Of a DNA stretch of 52,215 nucleotides, positions 44,212 to 52,215 are shown in pieces (the stretch's first letter is position 1; each line of letters starts with the position of its first letter). The stretch covers positions 1 through 52,215 of IMG/VR virus record IMGVR_UViG_3300027987_000273. The stretch is one strand, 5' to 3'. Made by a program: the position numbers and the translations under genes. Source of the stretch: a virus (taxonomy: Duplodnaviria > Caudoviricetes). Under the pieces are notes generated by a model. It ran no database searches and was not told the origin of the DNA. It was given only the letters and a program-made list of their open reading frames with translations.

Positions 44212-46008
44212 CTATGCCATACCTCCTCCGGCCAGGCCTCGGCGGAGCCGGTGGGCGCTGGTGGGATTGCGCGCGACGCGACCCACCGCGCTCTGCATGT
44301 CGAAGACCCACCGGTCGGGATCGTTGGACTGGACCTCGATCCGGTTGATGGTGACGTTGACCTTCGGGCTCTTGGTGGCGTTGTCGCCTGGGCCGACGCC
44401 GTCCAGCATGGGCGCCGTCGGGATGACCCCCGCCGCCTGGAGGGCCGAGATCATGGTCTGCTCCATTGAGGCCGCCAGCTTGTTCGCGGCGACCAGACCC
44501 TTCTCCTGTTCGCGGAGAGACAGCGCCCTGGTCTTCAGGAGAGCCTGTTCAATGCGGAGAATCTCCTGGAAGTCGGAGACGTTGAGGCCTGTACCAGCGA
44601 CGACGTTATAGACCTCATTCCCTCGGGCCCGTCGGAACTCCTCGAGCTTGCTCTGCGACGTGCCGAAGGCCCCCGCCAGCCCGGTGATCTTCCCGCCCGC
44701 CTGCTTGATGCCCGCCTGCTCGGCGAAGAACCCGAGGTCGCGGACGTTCCGGGCGCGCATCTTCCGCCGTAGGGCGACGTCGCCCCCTGGGCCGCCGGTC
44801 ACGGCCTCCTGCTGTTTCGACAGCATGTTTACCGTGCTCACCCTGGCCGCCCGGTCGCGGAGCGTCGCCGTGTCGACCTGACGCTGGATGGTCTTCTCCT
44901 GGTCGGCCAGGATCTTGTCGGCAATCTTCTGGGCCGCGAACGCGAACGCGGCCAGGGCCACCGCCGCGAGGTTCAGCTTCATGGCCAGCCCGACCCCCTC
45001 CTTCTGGATCTGGGCGAACAGGGTTCCCAGGTTGGCCGCGCCCTCGAGCCCCTTCTGGGCCAGCTTGAACGCGACGAACGCCTTGATCAGCTGGAGGATG
45101 GTCTCGCGGTGTCGGACGATGAAGGAGACCGTCGACTTCACGAACTGGAACCCCGACATGATGGCCTCCTTGAAGTTCTGGGCCCACTGTCGGAGGGTGT
45201 CCTGGTTCTTGTCGATCCATTGGTTCCAGCTGCGGATCTCGTCGGTGATGGCCTTGAACAGGGGAAGACCGACGCCTCCGAGGAAGATCTGGAGATTGTC
45301 CTGGAGGGTGGAGAAGACGCCCGAGAAGGAGTTCTCCTGGGCGTTCGCCATGTTGCGGATCGCGTCGCTGGTCAGGGCCGCCTTGAGCTGGGCCGCCCTG
45401 GCCGCCGCCCCCATCTCGTTGAAGCGACGCCTCCCCTCGTCGCCGACGAAGCCCAGGGGCTCGAGGAGGTTCCTGGCGAACCTGTCAACGCTCCTCAGCT
45501 GCCCCATGAGGGCCGACTCGATATCCCGGGCCGCCATGCCCGCCTCAATTCCCATCGCCCTGGAGGCCACGACAGCGCCCACAGTGAAGTCCTCCAGGTC
45601 CTTCATCCCGAGACCCGCTGCGAGGACGGGCCTGGTGATTCGGGTCGACATGTCGACCATGTCCTGGGTGGTGCCGACCGAGGCCTTCGCGCGCTGCTGG
45701 AGACGTCCTACCAGGTCGCCCGCCTCTCGGAGCGATTGCTGCCAATCGCCCTTCGTGGTGAGCTGGATCATCCCGCCCATGGTGATCCGGGCCTGCTCCA
45801 TGGTGGCATTGAACCCGACCAGGGCCTTCGCCCCAGCCCTGGCGCCGAACACTCCGCCCAGGGCGAGCCCCAGGCGGGTGAACGTACCCCCGAGCAGCCC
45901 GCTCGACTTCGACAGCCGAACCATGCGCCGCTCGAGGTTCTTCGTCCCGCTGCTAGCCTTGTCGTCTAGCGAATACTGGAGGCGAATGTCGTAGATCGTG
46001 GATGGCAC
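44212..46008 (-). CDS. Tape measure protein
   Basis: Ala/Gly helical; FNATMEQ, SFSG.FSTL.DN; follows the chaperones. Confidence 0.85.
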   Translation of the reverse strand: MPSTIYDIRLQYSLDDKASSGTKNLERRMVRLSKSSGLLGGTFTRLGLALGGVFGARAGAKALVGFNATMEQARITMGGMIQLTTKGDWQQSLREAGDLVGRLQQRAKASVGTTQDMVDMSTRITRPVLAAGLGMKDLEDFTVGAVVASRAMGIEAGMAARDIESALMGQLRSVDRFARNLLEPLGFVGDEGRRRFNEMGAAARAAQLKAALTSDAIRNMANAQENSFSGVFSTLQDNLQIFLGGVGLPLFKAITDEIRSWNQWIDKNQDTLRQWAQNFKEAIMSGFQFVKSTVSFIVRHRETILQLIKAFVAFKLAQKGLEGAANLGTLFAQIQKEGVGLAMKLNLAAVALAAFAFAAQKIADKILADQEKTIQRQVDTATLRDRAARVSTVNMLSKQQEAVTGGPGGDVALRRKMRARNVRDLGFFAEQAGIKQAGGKITGLAGAFGTSQSKLEEFRRARGNEVYNVVAGTGLNVSDFQEILRIEQALLKTRALSLREQEKGLVAANKLAASMEQTMISALQAAGVIPTAPMLDGVGPGDNATKSPKVNVTINRIEVQSNDPDRWVFDMQSAVGRVARNPTSAHRLRRGLAGGGMA

Positions 46009-46011
46009 TGT

Positions 46012-46658
46012 TCAGCGTCTCAGGTCCTTGGGTTTAGTCGGGATGTCGGCGTTTGTGACCCGGACCAGCTCCGTGATCTCGCCGTGGATTGCGATGGTCT
46101 CCGCGATGCTGAATTCCAGGTAGTCCTCGTAGCCCAGGCCGCCCACGTGCCAGGCGACCCGGACCCACTCCTGGACGAGCTGCGTTCTTATCCGGCGGTA
46201 GCTGCTACGTCCTCCACGTCCTCCTCGCGCGGGCTCTGGTTCGGGGTCCAGATCGTCCCCGCCCGCACTGCCTTTTTTACGTCCTCCTCCTCCACGCCGT
46301 TCATGTCGTCGAAGAACGCCTGGATGTAGCGCATGGTCGCCAGGTCCCAGTCGTCCATCTCGCCGTAGGGGCGCCCGTCCTGGTTCACAGGGTGGCCGTC
46401 GACCTGGACCAGGCTGTAGCGCATGGCCTCGAACTGCTCGGCCTCGAGCTGGGCCTTCAGGTCTGTCTTGTCGACCCGTCGAAGGTCGACCCAGAGGCCG
46501 ATCTCGAGCTTGTCGCGGTTGCGGAGCTCCTTCATGACCACGCTCCGACAGCCGAAGGGTCGCCCGGTCTGAGGGTTCTGCTCGGGCAGACGATACTCGC
46601 GCATCATGCGCGGACGCTCGCTACCGTTCGCGAGCTCTCGGATTCTACGTTGCGCCAT
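46012..46658 (-). CDS. Tail assembly chaperone G-T (-1 frameshift product)
   Basis: In-frame A AAA AAG at 46278-46272; the -1 frame is open to TGA at 46012. Confidence 0.75.
46188..46658 (-). CDS. Tail assembly chaperone G
   Basis: Between tube and TMP; AGGAG SD. Confidence 0.8.
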   Translation of the reverse strand: MAQRRIRELANGSERPRMMREYRLPEQNPQTGRPFGCRSVVMKELRNRDKLEIGLWVDLRRVDKTDLKAQLEAEQFEAMRYSLVQVDGHPVNQDGRPYGEMDDWDLATMRYIQAFFDDMNGVEEEDVKKAVRAGTIWTPNQSPREEDVEDVAATAG

Positions 46659-46723
46659 TCTCTTCTCTCCTGTGTCGGGGTTTTACGGATGGGGGCCGGC
46701 CTCGTGCCGACCCCCTCTGTGGG

Positions 46724-47167
46724 CTAGGCCTGAAGCTGCGAGCGCTTCTTACACTTGCCCTCGAAGCTGGTGGTCACATACTCCTTGCGACCGCCGAAGC
46801 CCATCTCGTTCACCTTGAGGAAAACGTCGTGATAGACCTCGACCTGGTCGTTCCCGAGACCGCCTCGGTAGGCGTAGAAAACGGTCATCGTGATGTCCGG
46901 GTGCGCCTGCTGGTTCTGCTCTCGGGCCACGATGGTCGAGAGGAAGTTCAGCGCCAGCTCGTCGAGGTTGTGGATGGTGAACGCGAAGTCGAACCCGTGG
47001 TGTTGCGGGTCGATGTCGTCCTCGAGCTCGCCCAGGAAGCCCTCCTCGTTGAGGTCGGTCCTCGGAGTGATGGTGAACTCGGAGACCTTGACGAACGACC
47101 CCGCGAGCGTCTGGCCATCTACCGAGAACCGGAGAGTGATCTCCTGACCTCTGATTCTTTGTGACAT
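46724..47167 (-). CDS. Tail tube protein
   Basis: 147 aa, beta-rich, directly after the sheath. Confidence 0.8.
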   Translation of the reverse strand: MSQRIRGQEITLRFSVDGQTLAGSFVKVSEFTITPRTDLNEEGFLGELEDDIDPQHHGFDFAFTIHNLDELALNFLSTIVAREQNQQAHPDITMTVFYAYRGGLGNDQVEVYHDVFLKVNEMGFGGRKEYVTTSFEGKCKKRSQLQA

Positions 47168-47214
47168 GGTGCTTTCCGTCCTTGTGGATGTTCTGGTTCT
47201 GGTTCAGGCCCTCG

Positions 47215-48789
47215 CTATGCCGCGACCGACTCGATGACCACACCGGTCCCGATCTCGGTCTCCAGCTGGAGGTAGAGGATGTGGCCGATGAGCTTGACCC
47301 TCCAGAGGATGCGCTCGATGCCCTGGGCGCGGTCGGCCGCGCTGTTCACGCCGTCCTGGACGATCTCGAACTCCTCGATGATGCGCCCCTGGTCGCGCAG
47401 GGACTGTGAGAAGCCCACCAGCTGGCCCGCGATGAGGGCGCGCCGCTCGACCGTGTTCTTCGCCTTGACGTGCTCTCGGAGCTTGTCCCCGGCGGAGATT
47501 TGCAGGAAGTCGGCCGACCGACGACGGGTGATCTCGGTCTTCCCGGTGGTGAGGTCGGTGGTGACCCCGGACCGGAACTGGAAGGCGCCCGAGACCTTCT
47601 CCATCGTACAGATGCCCGCGTCGCGGAGGGCCTTCAGGTCGGCCCTGGTCAGCGACTCGTTGGCCAGGCGACGGATCCCCGCCGTCTGGGCCGTGGTCTG
47701 GCGAGACCCCGGGTGGATGTCGACGTCGTTGTTCTGGAGGATGGAGTTCATCCACTCGTGAACCGGACGCTGGACCTCCAGCCCCGTCTCCGGGTCCAGG
47801 GTGTAGGCGCTATTAAAGCACCAGATGATCCGGTCGGAACGGGTCGTGATGTCCGTTCCGATGTTGGTGATCTCGGTGGCCACGACCTGGCCGTGTGTGC
47901 CAGACCAGGTGGTGAACACGCGGTCGAACGCCAGGGCCGCCTCGGTGACGATGGTCCCGTTCAGGCCGTTCTGGTCGACGCTGGAGCCGGCCATGGAGAC
48001 GATCCCGACGCCGTCGGTGTTCGCCAGGTCGGTCAGCGCCGTGTTGTAGTCCGCGGCGACCGCCGTGCCATCGTTGCCCACCGTGGTGGTGTAGGCGCCC
48101 AGGGCGAGCCCCAGGTTGATGGAGTCGTCGGCGTTCTTGGCCGCCAGGAAGCCCGCCTCCGTGATGGTGGCGAAGTTCTCGGGCCGACCCAGGGCCAGGA
48201 CCGTACAGGTCACCAGGCGCGCCACGTCGTCGCCGATGATGGCGTCGAGGGCCGCCTGGGCCTCCGCCACGGTCGACCAGTTCGTGGTGTCGATGTTCTC
48301 GTAGGTGAGCCCCTTGCCCAGGTACGAGACGAACAGGTTCCAGTGGTCCGCGTCGCCGTCGGAGGCGTCTTCCACGCGGATGGAGACGCCCTGGCCCCAG
48401 AACCCCTCAGAGCTGGCCGCGATGGTGACCAGCTCGGTCCCAGCGCCGTCGACGCCCGTCTCGACGTTCATCGAGGACGTGATGGCATCGGCCGCCACGA
48501 CGCGCCGAACCCGGAGCTCCCCGATGGGCTTGTTCAGCAGGGACGCCCAGATCTGATTCACCAGGGCGCCGCCGCTGCCATAGTCGCGCCCGCCGTAGAC
48601 CTCGAGGAACCGGGACGCGGAGAAGATGGACTGGACCGTGGTCGGGCCGCGGACGGTCACGCCGCCGATGCCCAGGACCGACAGGTCGGCGCCGCGAATC
48701 TGTCCCGGAGGGTTCCTCTCGCTGATGTAGAGGCCCTCGAGGGCGACGACCTCGGCCGGATTCGTGGTGAAAAAGATATCAGATGCCAT
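47215..48789 (-). CDS. Contractile tail sheath protein
   Basis: GLYI.E, RGP, F...YGG, A.S.G.WG, I..RR..DF motifs. Confidence 0.9.
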   Translation of the reverse strand: MASDIFFTTNPAEVVALEGLYISERNPPGQIRGADLSVLGIGGVTVRGPTTVQSIFSASRFLEVYGGRDYGSGGALVNQIWASLLNKPIGELRVRRVVAADAITSSMNVETGVDGAGTELVTIAASSEGFWGQGVSIRVEDASDGDADHWNLFVSYLGKGLTYENIDTTNWSTVAEAQAALDAIIGDDVARLVTCTVLALGRPENFATITEAGFLAAKNADDSINLGLALGAYTTTVGNDGTAVAADYNTALTDLANTDGVGIVSMAGSSVDQNGLNGTIVTEAALAFDRVFTTWSGTHGQVVATEITNIGTDITTRSDRIIWCFNSAYTLDPETGLEVQRPVHEWMNSILQNNDVDIHPGSRQTTAQTAGIRRLANESLTRADLKALRDAGICTMEKVSGAFQFRSGVTTDLTTGKTEITRRRSADFLQISAGDKLREHVKAKNTVERRALIAGQLVGFSQSLRDQGRIIEEFEIVQDGVNSAADRAQGIERILWRVKLIGHILYLQLETEIGTGVVIESVAA

Positions 48790-48801
48790 GGTGTTCTCCT
48801 G

Positions 48802-49419
48802 CTAGGGCGCCGGGCCGAGAGTCCCGTCCTGGTTGATGGTCACGAGCTCCACCTGCGGATCCGTGATCGCCGGTGGGTCCCCCTCGGTCGAAAAGTCGAG
48901 ACCGAGCTGGAGCTTTGTGATGTCGTAGACGCCGCGTCGCGTCACGAGGGCCGGAATGATGGCCGCGAGAGTGATCTGGCTGTAGAACTGCGCATCGAAC
49001 GCGCCCTCGTCCCTCCACTCGTCGTCCTCGAACTCCCAGGCCGCCGTGAACGGGCCCAGGTTCTCGCAGGCCGTGACCTGTGAGAACAGGACGCCAGGAT
49101 GGAGCGGTGTCTCCAGGAACAGGTCGATGAGGAGCTGCTCGAGGCGTGCGCGCTGGTAGAGGGACGTCGCACCGAGACGGAGATGGAGTTCCCCCTCGTG
49201 TCGCCCGACGTTGAACACAACGCACCCAGGGCCCGGAGAGAAGGACTCGTCGGCCTGGTCCGGGTGATAGACGAACTTCCGGGGGAGCAGCGTTAGGCTC
49301 GGGAACTCGAGCTCGTGAGGCGAGGTAGCCTGGCCGACACAGATCCGCCCCTTGAGCTCGGGGATGCGACAGAGGATTAGGGCCTCGAGCTGGCGCAGTG
49401 CTTCCAGTCGGACGATCAC
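48802..49419 (-). CDS. Probable tail terminator/completion protein
   Basis: Position before the sheath; FPSL motif. Confidence 0.6.
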   Translation of the reverse strand: MIVRLEALRQLEALILCRIPELKGRICVGQATSPHELEFPSLTLLPRKFVYHPDQADESFSPGPGCVVFNVGRHEGELHLRLGATSLYQRARLEQLLIDLFLETPLHPGVLFSQVTACENLGPFTAAWEFEDDEWRDEGAFDAQFYSQITLAAIIPALVTRRGVYDITKLQLGLDFSTEGDPPAITDPQVELVTINQDGTLGPAP

Positions 49420-49998
49420 TTACCTGTCCTCCTTGAGCTTGCGGTTCGCCCGCTTCTTGATCTCGGCCACGATGAGCTCGAACGCCAGTTTCTGGATCTC
49501 CGGGATGGCATCGCGGACGAACCAGGTGGCCGTCTGTCCCTCCCTGCGGAGCTTGTGGACGATGCCCCAGGTGATCTCGCTGTAGACCGGGTCCAGGTCC
49601 CCCGCCTCGTTCCGGGACGGTGCGCGCTGCATCCGTCCCCCTGGGCTGGTCGTGAACCCGAAGTGTCGGCGAACCCACTCGTAGATCGCCATCCAGCCCT
49701 CCTGGTTCACCCTGTGAGGACGTGCCCCGCCCTCGACGATGCCAGCGTGGGGCGCGTCGTTGATGTTCTCGGCGACCATGCCAGTCCCGACCCGGGCTCC
49801 CCCCGACGGCTTGTGGAGCTTCAGCTTCCAGGAGGCCTTCAGCTGGCCCTGGTCGACCGGAGTCTTCCGTACCAGGATCGTGCGACCCCTGGCCGCCGCC
49901 CGGTTGATACCGATGCGAGCCCCCGCCAGGGCAGACCGGTTGCGGGCCCGCACCTGCTTGGGGAGCTTCTTGGCCGTGGTAGGAACGCGCAGGGCCAT
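49420..49998 (-). CDS. HK97 gp10-like neck protein
   Basis: TPVDQGQLKASW...N.APHA.IVE.G. Confidence 0.8.
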   Translation of the reverse strand: MALRVPTTAKKLPKQVRARNRSALAGARIGINRAAARGRTILVRKTPVDQGQLKASWKLKLHKPSGGARVGTGMVAENINDAPHAGIVEGGARPHRVNQEGWMAIYEWVRRHFGFTTSPGGRMQRAPSRNEAGDLDPVYSEITWGIVHKLRREGQTATWFVRDAIPEIQKLAFELIVAEIKKRANRKLKEDR

Positions 49999-50472
49999 TC
50001 ACTTCACCGGCCTCACCCAGACCACCCAGCCCATGTTCTTCTCGCGGTCGATGAACGGTGGTCGATTGTGGACAGTCTCGAAGTCCCGCGACGCCTGGCC
50101 GTGGGCCTCCCCGATGCGAATGAACCACGCCTGGTTCTTGCCCAGGGGGCCGCCGTCGACCTCCGCCTGGGTGTAGGTGAGGCTCCACTCGATGAGCCTG
50201 ATCTCGCCGATCTCGTCGAGCCCGCAGTTCTTCAGGTCCAGGCGGAGAGAATCCCCCCATTCCAGGACCTTCGGCTGGGGTCGAATCTCGGACACGACCT
50301 CGGAGACCGCGCCCTCGCCGACGACTTTCCCGCTCCAGGTCTGCTTCACCGTGTAGACGCGATAGGCCCGCACCCCGAACTGCGGGTGGAGCTCCTCGCG
50401 GAGTCCGTCGATGACGTCGGTCACCAGGGAGTCGACGATGACATCGGGGTCGAGAATTGCACTTCCCGGCAC
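49999..50472 (-). CDS. Probable head closure protein
   Basis: Size and position in the neck module. Confidence 0.55.
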   Translation of the reverse strand: MPGSAILDPDVIVDSLVTDVIDGLREELHPQFGVRAYRVYTVKQTWSGKVVGEGAVSEVVSEIRPQPKVLEWGDSLRLDLKNCGLDEIGEIRLIEWSLTYTQAEVDGGPLGKNQAWFIRIGEAHGQASRDFETVHNRPPFIDREKNMGWVVWVRPVK

Positions 50473-50505
50473 CTATCGCCCCCCCTTCTGGTATCCTGGG
50501 AACGT

Positions 50506-50569
50506 CCAGGCCGGGCCGGGGCCGGAGTGACACTGGAGTAGTAAAGCCCCAGCCCACGGCCCGTCCTGG
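50506..50569 (-). promoter_or_regulatory. Long intergenic hairpin in the neck operon
   Basis: CCAGG-CGGGCCG-GGGCTGGGG pairs with CTCCGGCCC-CGGCCCG-CCTGG. Confidence 0.4.
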
Positions 50570-50579
50570 CGAAAATTCG

Positions 50580-50993
50580 TCATCCGTGCACCTGGTAGTT
50601 CCCCAGGCGCGAGGAACGGACAGTGGGAAGGGTTCCGTCCCACACGTTGTGGATGACCTCGACTCCGAGGGTCCGCGCCATGCGAGACGTGATCCGCTTG
50701 CCCTCCTTGTACAGCTGTTTCGCTTCGCGCCGGTTCAGCTTGATAGACCCGACGACGTCGGCCTTCAGGCGACCATGGGCCGCCAGGATCTTCGCGTCGA
50801 TGTCGCGCAGAACCGCCAGGAAGCCCGGGGGAGACCCAGCGAGGGGGTTCTGGAACAGTGCCAGGGTGTCCGCCTTCGCCGGGTCGTCCAGGGCGTTCAT
50901 GGCCCCTTCCAGCTCGTTGTCGAACTGGTGGAACCGCGCGCTCCATCCCAGATACATGCGGATCTCGGCGCGCTCTGTTTCGGTCAGGGCCAT
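50580..50993 (-). CDS. Probable head-tail adaptor
   Basis: ALTE.E...IR.YLGW N-terminus; position. Confidence 0.6.
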   Translation of the reverse strand: MALTETERAEIRMYLGWSARFHQFDNELEGAMNALDDPAKADTLALFQNPLAGSPPGFLAVLRDIDAKILAAHGRLKADVVGSIKLNRREAKQLYKEGKRITSRMARTLGVEVIHNVWDGTLPTVRSSRLGNYQVHG

Positions 50994-51009
50994 TGACTAC
51001 CGGCCCCCC

Positions 51010-51426
51010 TTATTCCTTCTTGCCCTTGCTGGCCTTGCTTCCGCTTCCGCTTCCGCCGCCGGTCATCAGCTTCGCGCGGAGAGCTGCGTTCTCCGCCTCG
51101 AGGGCTGCGAGATGTTCGGCCGGAGTCTTCTCCTTGGCCGCCGCCGCCGCCTTGAGCTGCCTGTAACGGGCCTCGCCTTCCTTCTGCTCGGCCTTCGGGA
51201 CCAGGGTCGGGATTCCATCCCTCATGGTCTTCCGGGTGAGGATGGGGAGGAGGGGCTCCTTCCCTGCGCCGCGCACGGGGCGACAGTACCCCGCGGGGAA
51301 CTCGCCGACCTCGCCGGGCTTCAGCGTCACCTTGTGGGCGCCGCGGTTCGGGCCGACCGCGATGGACACGACGACATCATGGTCAGACACGTTGACCATC
51401 TTCGCCATTGGGATCTCTTGCTGCAT
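51010..51426 (-). CDS. Hypothetical protein following the capsid gene
   Basis: AGGAG SD; coiled coil with basic tail. Confidence 0.7.
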   Translation of the reverse strand: MQQEIPMAKMVNVSDHDVVVSIAVGPNRGAHKVTLKPGEVGEFPAGYCRPVRGAGKEPLLPILTRKTMRDGIPTLVPKAEQKEGEARYRQLKAAAAAKEKTPAEHLAALEAENAALRAKLMTGGGSGSGSKASKGKKE

Positions 51427-51523
51427 CGAATCTCTTCTCCTATGTCTGAACGGCGGAAGGAAAGCTGGACCGTGGGCCCGGTGGCGCTTCCGCCTACGTC
51501 ACCGGACCCACGATGGAGACGCC

Positions 51524-52215
51524 TTACAGCGTGGCGTCGAGGTCGACGAGGGACCCCTGGGCGTTGCAGCGACGGACCTTGAGCTGCGGGTACAGGATCA
51601 GCTGGAACCGGTAGCTGTCGCCATTGCGACCCAGCGGGTTGATCCTGGCCACCAGGCCGGTCATCTGCGGACCCATGTCCATCTCGGGGGTGCCTTGCAC
51701 GCCGATCATGCCCATGGACTGGTTCACCTCGGAGATCCGGTCGGGCATCTGGCACATCTTGATGTGCCGCGTCGCGAGGAAGGACATCGCCGTCGACGGA
51801 TGGTCGACGTCGCGAACGACGGGGATCCCGTCGAACTCGAGGGCGTTGTGACCACCCTGGAGGGTGATCCGACGTCCGCGGATGGTCACGTCCTGCTGCC
51901 ATCGCCGCTCGTTGCCGAACAGCTTCGAGAACTTCGACCACAGGGCCGGGCCCGTCACGATCAGGTCGGTGTTCTCACCAGACGCGGTGTAGATCGCGTC
52001 CAGGGTGTCGCGCATGAGGTCGAACGTCAGGGCGCGCGGGACGCCGCCGTTCGCCAGCTCATTGGACGCCCACTGGGCCTGGGCTGCGCGGTCGATGCCC
52101 GCGTAGACGCCAGTCGTGTCCAGCGGACCAGACGTGGAATACATACCCACGATCTGTTCGGCCGCACCTGCGCCGGTCCAGAGATCGGCGTTGATGCCCT
52201 TCGCGAGACGTTCGA
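51524..52215 (-). CDS. Major capsid protein, C-terminal part
   Basis: YAGIDR...W...G, DLIVT, F.GIPVV.D, CNAQG motifs; joins 499-1. Confidence 0.88.
   Translation of the reverse strand, partial: ERLAKGINADLWTGAGAAEQIVGMYSTSGPLDTTGVYAGIDRAAQAQWASNELANGGVPRALTFDLMRDTLDAIYTASGENTDLIVTGPALWSKFSKLFGNERRWQQDVTIRGRRITLQGGHNALEFDGIPVVRDVDHPSTAMSFLATRHIKMCQMPDRISEVNQSMGMIGVQGTPEMDMGPQMTGLVARINPLGRNGDSYRFQLILYPQLKVRRCNAQGSLVDLDATL
52072..52215. repeat. Terminal direct repeat, right copy
   Basis: Identical to 1-144. Confidence 0.95.

Noticed and set aside
41458-44469. 1003-aa plus-strand ORF and similar long antisense ORFs (3648..6191, 47470..49083, 365..1348)
   Set aside because: Shadow frames of high-GC minus-strand genes with clear phage motifs; no recognisable domains
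34218-48789. Stand-alone tailocin/eCIS
   Set aside because: Linked to capsid, portal and terminase genes in a full phage genome
51327-51526. Capsid readthrough or frameshift extension
   Set aside because: An in-frame TAG follows 10 codons after the stop, the next gene's frame is closed upstream, and no slippery site is evident
1-52215. CRISPR array, tRNA genes, IS elements or alternative genetic code
   Set aside because: No regularly spaced repeats, tRNA motifs or transposase seen; all three stop codons end genes normally

Overview
The window appears to be a complete, circularly assembled tailed-phage genome of 52,071 unique bp. Bases 1-144 repeat exactly at 52072-52215, and the major capsid gene runs across this join. 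GC is high (about two thirds by eye). The tail is contractile (sheath, tube, J-like wedge, gp25-like, hub, spike) and two-component spanins point to a diderm host; Myxococcota-like is only an inference. Almost all genes are on the minus strand, in this order: head, neck, tail, baseplate/fibre, lysis, YqaJ/annealing pair, replication initiator with DnaC-like loader, N6/N4 MTase, many small Cys-rich genes, terS, more small genes, terL, portal, MuF, scaffold. A divergent plus-strand cassette (9899-13249) driven by twin sigma70-like promoters lies between terS and terL. No integrase, CI-like repressor, tRNA, CRISPR array or reverse transcriptase was recognised. Main observations: (1) a highly structured, apparently non-coding locus between terL and portal that looks like a large ncRNA or tandem sRNA array; (2) within it, a 20-nt segment complementary (19/20 with G-U) to the region upstream of terS, related to a genome-wide ACACAG/ATTCAG motif; (3) a MuF head protein fused to a HExxH metallopeptidase-like domain with a candidate immunity gene; (4) a deletion scar fusing two genes; (5) two origin-like clusters of 10-bp-phased repeats with DnaA-like boxes; (6) many leaderless starts and SD-sequestering hairpins. 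All protein calls come from motif recognition and synteny, not database searches.
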